Assembly: GCA_031366795.1 (NCBI GenBank)
Contig: JANLOX010000280.1
Coordinates: forward strand, 1-14,293
DNA: 14,293 nucleotides
Source of the DNA: Candidatus Eiseniibacteriota bacterium
GTDB taxonomy: Bacteria > Eisenbacteria > RBG-16-71-46
Direction of reading: 5' to 3'
How positions within the stretch are numbered: the first letter of the stretch is position 1; each line of letters starts with the position of its first letter. The notes under the pieces were generated by a model. That model saw only the letters and a list, made by a program, of their open reading frames with translations. It did no database searches and was not told the DNA's origin. Both the position numbers and the translations under genes were made by a program. Of the stretch, positions 8,901 through 14,293 are shown in pieces.

Positions 8901-10677
8901 AATCTCAACGTATGAAGATGGCCCGCTGGCTGCGCTGACGCGCTATTACTTCCAGGTCACTTCCGTCGACACTTCGGGCAATGAATCCGCGCGCTCCGCG
9001 GTGGGAGCGTTCAGCACCAATCCGCCGAGCCACACGGTGTTCCCGATCCCGATGAACGCGAGCTCATTCGCCCCGCCGGCGGTCGATCACCTGTTCTCGG
9101 GTTACCCGCTCGACATCGCCGCGGGATCCGACGTGATGTACGTCTGGCATCCGGACGGCACCGCACCGATCGACGCGGACGGCGCGGGTGCTACCAACGG
9201 TGACTTCACCACGCGCGGCAACACCTACGAAGGTGGGCCATCGATTGCCGACATCGATGGCAACGGGCAAAAGGAAGTCATCGGCGTGGCCTCGGATTCG
9301 ACGCAGTTCGTGGTCGTGGGCCAGTCGGGCGCCACCCTGCCCGGCTTCCCGCAGAAGATCTCCGATGGCGCCTGGTCGTCGGTCGCGGTCGGCGATCTCG
9401 ACAACGACGGCAAGAAGGAGATGGTGTTCGGAGGCTTCACGGGCGCGCATGTGTTCGTGTTCAAGAGCACCGGCGCCGAATGGATGGATGGCGACGCGAA
9501 TACCTCGACGAACGGCGTGTTCAAGAACACCGGTACGCCCTACAACATCGGTACCCCGGCGATCGCCGATCTCGATGGCAACGGCGTCCGCGACATCATC
9601 TACGGCACCTTCGACAGCAAGCTCAACGCCTGGCGTCCGGACGGGACGAACCTGCCGGGCTTCCCGATCTCGCTGCCCGAGCCCGTCAGTTCCTCGGTGG
9701 CGATCGGCTACCTCGACGGACCCTCCGATACGCAGCTGGATATCGTCGTGCAGACCGGCTACTACCCGAACTCCAATTCCGCCAAGGATTCGCTGTACGT
9801 GTTCTCGGCCACCGGCGCGCGGCGCCCGGGATTCCCCAAGCAGCTGCGCGGCAGCGACAACAACAAGTCGCCCTCACCGGCGCTCGCCGACATGAACAAC
9901 GACGGGTTCCTCGACATCGTCGCCGCCGGCACGGATGGCAAGATCTACGTCTATGACCGCACCGGCGCGTCACTGCCGGCGTGGGTGGGCGGCAAACCCT
10001 ACAGCGCGCTCGCGGGCACGTCCTCCGAAGCGAGCCCGTCGGTCGCCGACATCGATGGCGATGGCAACAACGACGTTGTGATGGGTGACGAATCCGGCTC
10101 GCTCACCGCGCTGAGCGGTGTCGATGCCTCGGTCATGCCGGGCTTCCCGATCCAGATGGGCTCAGGCATCAAGGCAGCCGCGGCGCTGTGCGACTGCGAT
10201 GGCGACGGCAAGACGGAAATCGTCGTGGCGGGAGAGGATCGCAACGTCTCGATGTGGGACTACGACTTCCCGTTCTCGCCCAACGGCCCGGCACCGTGGC
10301 CGCAGTTCCACCACGATGCGATGCGCACGGGGCTCTACTCGAATCCCGTATTCGTCGCCGTCGACCCGCAGCCCGCGCCGACACTCGCCGCCGAGCTCGA
10401 ACTGGCGGCACCGCTGCCCAACCCGTCGCGCGGGTTGGCTCAGCTGTGGTACTCGATCCCCTCGAGCTCGAAGGGCGACCGTTTGGAGTTGGCCATCTAC
10501 GATCTGGCCGGCCGCCAGGTGCGCTTGCTCGACAGCGGCGAGGCGCGTGCCGGCCGCTATCGCGCCGACTGGAACCTGGGCGATACGAGCGGCCGCCGCG
10601 TCGAACCGGGGCTCTACTTCGCCCGGCTCGCGCTGGCTGGACAGAGCAGGACGCAGAAGATCATCGTGACGCAATAG
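5944..10677 (+). CDS. Secreted gingipain-like C25 cysteine peptidase: signal peptide, propeptide, C25 catalytic domain, Ig-like domains, FN3, FG-GAP beta-propeller, T9SS type A/FlgD-like C-terminal domain
   Basis: Signal peptide MRIRFVWASIASLVLVASGAAA; propeptide motif GRPELPW. C25 motifs EYVIIT, LADWKTQSG, WILLGGD, SDLYYSCLDG, EVYVGR and LLGDP; dyad HIGH480G (7381-7383) and INC515 (7486-7488). FN3 LRWNP...GYNVYRS...YYFQVTSVD. DxDxDG repeats. C-terminal PNP...IYDLAGRQVR...PGLYFARL...TQKIIV. Confidence 0.92.
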   Translation: MRIRFVWASIASLVLVASGAAASTTLERDFNFSPEQIQIKQTAGATSVSFKGAVPSIDAGRPELPWVSEFVDVPQGMQIASVEAVEVQTQSLASGVRLPSAWAARPDAGGEATRSTPDVWAFSRPGVQPAQPVELGVQGWQRGRSVAALRICPVRWDAATGRLEGITHLRVRMTLEPATTQPVPRLRVVPEWEEHATRGPLRTSASVTAQGFGGRKGNGTLAATQIPSVLGSPVEYVIITNDDMAGEFRRLADWKTQSGVPAVVRTMSFIRSQYPRGSDDAERLRDFIRDAYSRWGAKWILLGGDSDVIPVRLARTTYFSGEDIASDLYYSCLDGNWDRDGDSQYGEGYINASTVGDSIDLLPEVYVGRAPASTVAEAKQFVDRTLSYEKTPVGDYEKNLLIFAEVLFPEDWKPGDSILLDGGSLGDELLPYIAQNPSMRTARLYQNNTGAWVPPVYPETRKAVMDSISKGYGVSVHIGHGYRNVMSLGDGNVFNSDVLALTNGSRLTNLYAINCTSNAIDFPCIGEAFLHAANGGAVTSVGSTRLDFPYAGRLFEKEFFRLVFDDSITAVGEAQAKQKLPQVSSSGTDNAYRWMQQSLLLLGDPELRIWTGTPRTLSVAAPASFSLSDTSIAAIVTIGGQPLANARVTAYKARDAFQSGLTDAAGLVRLPFRLDSLGTITLTVTGYDCRPYQGTINVTPAASAVLGDGTPTIDDDALGGTSGDGDSIWDAGETIDLRIPVQNSGGLTAFGVSATLSTSDPNVTITTPTTAYGTVAAGSTVTPAGAFRLSLAATCPDQREIPFTLTITDASLNARKRPLQLTVRAPDLRHFAHDVSDNGNNNGQPDVGETVTYLPHLKNMGTDNVHTVTAVLRNYDGFVTVTDSVSTWGEMAPGQEKVGDALVFQLNSLSAKIELRVSDSHGLRLTRLLDVVAPGIPSGLKGVGKPTSINLRWNPNAEGDLLGYNVYRSLSAGGPFARSNSVPTDKISTYEDGPLAALTRYYFQVTSVDTSGNESARSAVGAFSTNPPSHTVFPIPMNASSFAPPAVDHLFSGYPLDIAAGSDVMYVWHPDGTAPIDADGAGATNGDFTTRGNTYEGGPSIADIDGNGQKEVIGVASDSTQFVVVGQSGATLPGFPQKISDGAWSSVAVGDLDNDGKKEMVFGGFTGAHVFVFKSTGAEWMDGDANTSTNGVFKNTGTPYNIGTPAIADLDGNGVRDIIYGTFDSKLNAWRPDGTNLPGFPISLPEPVSSSVAIGYLDGPSDTQLDIVVQTGYYPNSNSAKDSLYVFSATGARRPGFPKQLRGSDNNKSPSPALADMNNDGFLDIVAAGTDGKIYVYDRTGASLPAWVGGKPYSALAGTSSEASPSVADIDGDGNNDVVMGDESGSLTALSGVDASVMPGFPIQMGSGIKAAAALCDCDGDGKTEIVVAGEDRNVSMWDYDFPFSPNGPAPWPQFHHDAMRTGLYSNPVFVAVDPQPAPTLAAELELAAPLPNPSRGLAQLWYSIPSSSKGDRLELAIYDLAGRQVRLLDSGEARAGRYRADWNLGDTSGRRVEPGLYFARLALAGQSRTQKIIVTQ
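8080..8740 (+). repeat. Two tandem Ig-like protein repeats within the C25 peptidase (boundaries approximate)
   Basis: GDGDSIWDAGETIDLRIPVQNSG...VSATL...VTIT...YGTVAAG versus NNNGQPDVGETVTYLPHLKNMG...VTAVL...VTVT...WGEMAPG. Confidence 0.7.
9244..10225 (+). repeat. FG-GAP/VCBS-like Ca-binding repeats (7 clear copies) forming a probable beta-propeller
   Basis: IADIDGNGQKEVI, VGDLDNDGKKEMV, IADLDGNGVRDII, IGYLDGPSDTQLDIV, LADMNNDGFLDIV, VADIDGDGNNDVV and LCDCDGDGKTEIV, with four interspersed PGFP motifs. Confidence 0.88.
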
Positions 10678-10698
10678 CGGGAAACCGCAGCAGGACTC

Positions 10699-10742
10699 AA
10701 CGCGCGGGCGGGCTCCCACACCGGAGTCCGCCCGCCGTTTTT
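10699..10742 (+). terminator. Rho-independent terminator after the C25 peptidase gene
   Basis: 13-bp stem GCGGGCGGGCTCC (10704-10716) / GGAGTCCGCCCGC (10723-10735) with one G-U pair, 6-nt loop, AACG/CGTT extension and TTTTT at 10738-10742. A small GCGG-GAAA-CCGC hairpin lies at 10677-10688. Confidence 0.85.
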
Positions 10743-10754
10743 GATTTCCCGCGC

Positions 10755-10765
10755 TGTGGTAGCAT
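10755..10765 (+). promoter_or_regulatory. Candidate extended -10 promoter for glnS-gltX
   Basis: TGTGG-TAGCAT (TRTGn plus -10) directly after the terminator; no good -35 at canonical spacing. Confidence 0.4.
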
Positions 10766-10887
10766 CGCGCGTTCGGGTGGCACCTGCGGCCTCCCAACCC
10801 CGTATTCCCTTATTGTTCCCGGTGCGCCGCGGCTGCGACTCGCGCGCATTGTCCGAGACCCTGGCCCCCGAGACTCACCGAGGCTCC

Positions 10888-12648
10888 ATGTCGAACCCGA
10901 ACGATTCCGCGACCCCCGCCGCCGAAGCCGACGCTCCCGAGCATCTCGATTTCATCCGCGAGATCGTTCAGCAGGACCTGGCCTCGGGCAGGCAAGCGTC
11001 CGTGCTCACGCGTTTCCCGCCGGAGCCGAACGGCTACCTGCACGTCGGCCACGCCAAGGCGATCTGCCTGAACTTCGGCATCGCGCGGCAGTTTGGCGGG
11101 CGCTGCAACCTGCGGATGGACGACACCAACCCGGCCAAGGAAGATGTCGAGTATGTCGACTCGATCACCGCGGACCTGAAGTGGTTGATCGACGGTTGGG
11201 CGGACCAGTGCCTGGCGCTCAAGCCCTCGGGTGCGGCGTTCTATGCCTCCGACTATTTTGGCGCGCTGTACGAGTTCGCCGTGCGGTTGATCGAACTGGG
11301 CAAGGCGTATGTGTGCGACCTGTCGCCCGCCGAGATGGAGACCTATCGCGGCTCGCCCGACAAGCCCGGCAAGGACAGCCCGTTCCGCACGCGCCCCGTA
11401 GCCGAGAGCCTCGACCTGTTCGCGCGCATGAAGGCGGGCGAGTTCCCCGATGGCGCGCGCACGCTGCGCGCGCGCATCGACATGTCCTCGCCCAACATCT
11501 GGCTGCGCGACCCCGTGCTGTACCGCATTCGGCACACGGAGCATCACCAAACCGGTACGGCGTGGTGTATCTACCCGATGTACGACTTCGCCCATGGCTT
11601 ATGCGACTACGTCGAGGGCATCTCGCCCGCGATCTGCTCGCTCGAGGTCGAGGTGCACCGGCTGTTGTACGACTGGATCCTCGAATCGCTCGACCTGAAG
11701 AAGGCGCTGCCGCACCAGTACGAGTTCGCGCGGCTTAACTTGACGCACACGGTCATGAGCAAACGGAAGCTGCTGCGCCTCGTGCAGGAAGGGTTCGTCG
11801 GCGGTTGGGACGATCCGCGCTTGCCGACGATCGCCGCGATGCGCCGTCGCGGCTATCCCGCCGAAGCGATCCGCGCATTCTGCGAGCGCATCGGCATCGC
11901 CAAGCGCGAGAACATGGTAGAGCTTGCCCTGCTCGAGCACTTCGTACGCGAGCACCTGAACCGCCACGCCGCGCGCGCCATGGCGGTGCTCAAGCCCATC
12001 AAGGTGGTGATCGAGAACTGGCCCGCCGACCGCGTCGATACGATCGAGGCCGTCAACAATCCCGAGGATCCCGCGGCCGGCAAGCGTCAACTGCCGTTCT
12101 CGCGTGAGATCTACATCGAGCAGGACGACTTCCGCGAAGTGCCGCCGCCCAAGTACCACCGCCTGAGCCCCGGTGTCGAGGTGCGGCTGCGCTACGCGCA
12201 CCTGATCCGCTGCACCGGCGTGGTCAAGGATCCGGTGAGCGGCGAGGTCACCGAGTTGCGCGCCACGTACGACGCGGAGTCCGGCACCGGCAACCCGGTC
12301 GATGGCCGCAAGGTGAAGGCCACCATCCACTGGGTGTCGGCGCCGCACGCCGTCGATGCGGAAGTGCGTCTGTACAGCCCGCTGTTCAGCGCTGAGCATC
12401 CCGACGAGTTGCCCGAGGGGACGGACTTCACGACTGGATTGAATCCCGATTCGCTCGAGGTGCTGAAGGGTTGCAAGCTAGAGCCCTCGCTGGCGAACCC
12501 CGCGCTCGGCACGCCGGTCCAGTTTGAGCGCCTCGGTTACTTCTGCGCTGATCGCGAGGATTCGAAGCCGGGAGTGCCCGTGTTCGATCGCACCGTGACG
12601 CTGAAGGACGCCTGGGCGCGGATCGAGAAGCAGCAGGCAAAGGTCTGA
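10888..12648 (+). CDS. glnS: Glutamine--tRNA ligase (GlnRS), 586 aa, no YqeY extension
   Basis: [16 protein letters not shown] (HIGH), [56 protein letters not shown] 10888 has GAGG at 10880-10883; the track's TTG 10741 lies in the terminator tail. Confidence 0.97.
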   Translation: MSNPNDSATPAAEADAPEHLDFIREIVQQDLASGRQASVLTRFPPEPNGYLHVGHAKAICLNFGIARQFGGRCNLRMDDTNPAKEDVEYVDSITADLKWLIDGWADQCLALKPSGAAFYASDYFGALYEFAVRLIELGKAYVCDLSPAEMETYRGSPDKPGKDSPFRTRPVAESLDLFARMKAGEFPDGARTLRARIDMSSPNIWLRDPVLYRIRHTEHHQTGTAWCIYPMYDFAHGLCDYVEGISPAICSLEVEVHRLLYDWILESLDLKKALPHQYEFARLNLTHTVMSKRKLLRLVQEGFVGGWDDPRLPTIAAMRRRGYPAEAIRAFCERIGIAKRENMVELALLEHFVREHLNRHAARAMAVLKPIKVVIENWPADRVDTIEAVNNPEDPAAGKRQLPFSREIYIEQDDFREVPPPKYHRLSPGVEVRLRYAHLIRCTGVVKDPVSGEVTELRATYDAESGTGNPVDGRKVKATIHWVSAPHAVDAEVRLYSPLFSAEHPDELPEGTDFTTGLNPDSLEVLKGCKLEPSLANPALGTPVQFERLGYFCADREDSKPGVPVFDRTVTLKDAWARIEKQQAKV

Positions 12649-12653
12649 TCGCC

Positions 12654-14126
12654 GTGGGAGTTCGCGTCCGCTTCGCACCCAGCCCGAGTGGTTACCTGCA
12701 TGTTGGCGGAGCGCGCACCGCGCTCTACAACTACCTGTACGCCCGCGCCAACGGCGGCACGTTCGTGCTGCGCATCGAGGACACCGATGCCGCGCGTTCC
12801 ACCGATGAATCCGTGCGCGCCATCTTCGACAGTATGCGCTGGCTCGGGATGACATGGGACGAGGGCCCCGGCGTCGGCGGCCCGTTCGGCCCGTACTCGC
12901 AATCGGAGCGCCGCGTGCACTACGACGCGCATGCGAAGGCGCTGCGTGAGGCAGGCAGGGCCTACCCGTGCTACTGCACCAGCGTCGAACTCGACGCCAT
13001 GCGCGAGGAACAAGCGACCCGCAAGGCGCCGCTGCGCTACGACGGGCGCTGCCGAGGATTGAGCGACGCGCAGCGCGCCGAGCGCGAGGCGGCCGGGGCG
13101 AAGCCGGCATTGCGCTACGCCCTGGCGCCAGGCGGGGAGACCGCGTGGGACGACGTGGTGCGCGGCGCCGTGACCTTCCAGAACGACGTGCTCGACGACT
13201 TCGTCATCGTGCGCAGCGATGGCCTGCCGACCTATAACTTCGCCTGCGTGGTCGACGATCACGAGATGCAGATCTCGCACGTCATCCGTGGCGACGATCA
13301 CATCTCGAACACGCCGCGGCAATTGCTGCTGTACGCTGCCTTCGGCTGGGCACCGCCCATATTCGCACACGCCGCGATGATCCTCGGAGCCGACGGCTCG
13401 CGGCTGTCGAAGCGCCACGGCGCCAGCTCGGTCGAGGCGTTCCGTGACCTCGGCATCATTCCCGCGGCACTCGACAATTTCCTCGCGTTGCTCGGCTGGG
13501 CCTACGACGGCACGCGCGAGATCTTCACGCTCGCCGAGCTCGAAGAGTTGTTCAAGCTCGAGCGCGTCGGCCGCACGCCATCAACCTTCAACATGGAAAA
13601 GCTCGAGTGGCTCAACGGCCAGCACCTGAAGCGCGAGAGCGAGGAGTCGCGCGCGCGCTACGTGCGGGAGTTCCTCAGCACACGCGGCGAGGATGTCAGC
13701 GCGCACACGGAAGAGTGGTGGGTGCTGTTCGTGCGCATGCTGGGCGAGCGCCTGAAGACACTCGTGGACGCCAAGACCTACGGCCGTTTCGCGCTCGAAG
13801 ACAAACTCGAGATGGACGCCGAAGCCTGGACGAGCGTGATCGAGCGCCCCGGCGCAGGGGATCGCTTCGAAGAGTTGGCCGCTCGGCTTGAGGGTGACAA
13901 CGAATTCAGCCTCGCGAGTCTCGAAGCGCTGACGCGCGAGCTCGCGGCGGCTTCGGGCTTGAAGGCGGGCGAGCTGATCGGCCTGGCGCGCGTGGCGCTG
14001 ACGGGGCGGAAGATCAGCCCGGGCATATTTGAGGTGATGGTGCTGCTGGGGAAGGAGCGGTCGGTCGCGCGTCTGCGCGAAGCCGCTGCCCGCTGGCGTG
14101 CCGAGGCCGGAGTATCGAGGGCCTGA
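12654..14126 (+). CDS. gltX: Glutamate--tRNA ligase (GluRS), 490 aa
   Basis: RFAPSPSGYLHVGGARTAL, LRIEDTD, CYC...YDGRC, HVIRGDDH, RLSKRHG (KMSKS-equivalent) and a full anticodon-binding domain ending RVALTG...SPGIF. GTG start is 5 nt after the glnS stop. Confidence 0.97.
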   Translation: MGVRVRFAPSPSGYLHVGGARTALYNYLYARANGGTFVLRIEDTDAARSTDESVRAIFDSMRWLGMTWDEGPGVGGPFGPYSQSERRVHYDAHAKALREAGRAYPCYCTSVELDAMREEQATRKAPLRYDGRCRGLSDAQRAEREAAGAKPALRYALAPGGETAWDDVVRGAVTFQNDVLDDFVIVRSDGLPTYNFACVVDDHEMQISHVIRGDDHISNTPRQLLLYAAFGWAPPIFAHAAMILGADGSRLSKRHGASSVEAFRDLGIIPAALDNFLALLGWAYDGTREIFTLAELEELFKLERVGRTPSTFNMEKLEWLNGQHLKRESEESRARYVREFLSTRGEDVSAHTEEWWVLFVRMLGERLKTLVDAKTYGRFALEDKLEMDAEAWTSVIERPGAGDRFEELAARLEGDNEFSLASLEALTRELAAASGLKAGELIGLARVALTGRKISPGIFEVMVLLGKERSVARLREAAARWRAEAGVSRA

Positions 14127-14263
14127 ATCCTGTCGGTCCGCACAGGGGGTTGCTGGCCAAATGCAGGCGCTGGGCAGCAGTTTCGGAAGCCCCTTGAGCC
14201 CCCTGCGTTCTGAGCCCTGATTGTAGTGGGTTTGGACTGTATTGGCCCCTGGGGCAAGCAGGC

Positions 14264-14272
14264 TGCTATTTT
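14264..14272 (+). promoter_or_regulatory. Candidate extended -10 element for a downstream gene (ATG at 14280, runs off the window)
   Basis: TG-C-TATTTT followed 7 nt later by ATG GAA CGG GCT; TTGGCC at 14242-14247 (19-nt spacer). Confidence 0.3.
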
Positions 14273-14293
14273 CGCACTCATGGAACGGGCTTG

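Noticed and set aside
9244..10225. Recurring GCCGACATCGATGGC-like nucleotide repeats as a CRISPR array or DNA repeat element
   Set aside because: They are degenerate, in frame and irregularly spaced, and are fully explained by FG-GAP protein repeats.
10741..10887. 49-aa N-terminal extension of GlnRS from TTG 10741
   Set aside because: The TTG lies in the terminator U-tract. ATG 10888 has an SD and matches where GlnRS homology begins.
10188..11738. 516-aa alternative-frame ORF bridging the peptidase and glnS
   Set aside because: It is an Arg/Ala/Pro-rich off-frame translation that crosses a strong terminator and overlaps two well-supported genes.
12654..14126. Possibility that this is the truncated paralogue GluQ (YadB)
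   Set aside because: It is 490 aa and retains the C-terminal anticodon-binding domain that GluQ lacks.
5925..14281. Minus-strand ORFs opposite the peptidase, glnS and gltX (for example 6184-7383, 7834-8706, 10810-11595, 11599-12399, 12537-13418, 13778-14281)
   Set aside because: These are antisense shadows of conserved genes with no motifs of their own.
14243..14293. Resemblance to the 5' part of a tRNA-Glu (GGCCCCT..CAAGC..TTTC..ACGGG) downstream of gltX
   Set aside because: There is no 5-bp anticodon stem with a 7-nt loop and no TTCGA T-loop, and the window ends before an acceptor 3' strand could be tested. tRNAscan-SE on an extended sequence would settle it.

Overview
Very GC-rich bacterial chromosomal segment holding six protein-coding genes. 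On the minus strand are a GT-C-type membrane glycosyltransferase (about 4213/4183 to 2702) and, translationally coupled to it, a UvrD/PcrA helicase fused to a RecB-type PD-(D/E)XK nuclease (2705 to <1). The helicase runs off the left edge and is missing from the ORF track. On the plus strand are an orphan family-5 solute-binding lipoprotein (4199-5749) and a 1577-aa secreted gingipain-like C25 cysteine peptidase (5944-10677) with Ig-like, FN3, FG-GAP beta-propeller and T9SS-type/FlgD-like C-terminal domains. These are followed by an intrinsic terminator and a glnS-gltX pair. High GC plus the CTD-tailed C25 protein suggests an FCB-related candidate lineage such as Ca. Eisenbacteria (inference only). 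I saw no mobile element, CRISPR array or convincing RNA gene. The most interesting points are the protease architecture, a cluster of substitutions in the GlnRS amino-acid pocket, head-to-head gene starts with an embedded promoter, and a T-box-antiterminator-like motif upstream of glnS. No clearly new multi-gene system can be demonstrated from sequence alone.
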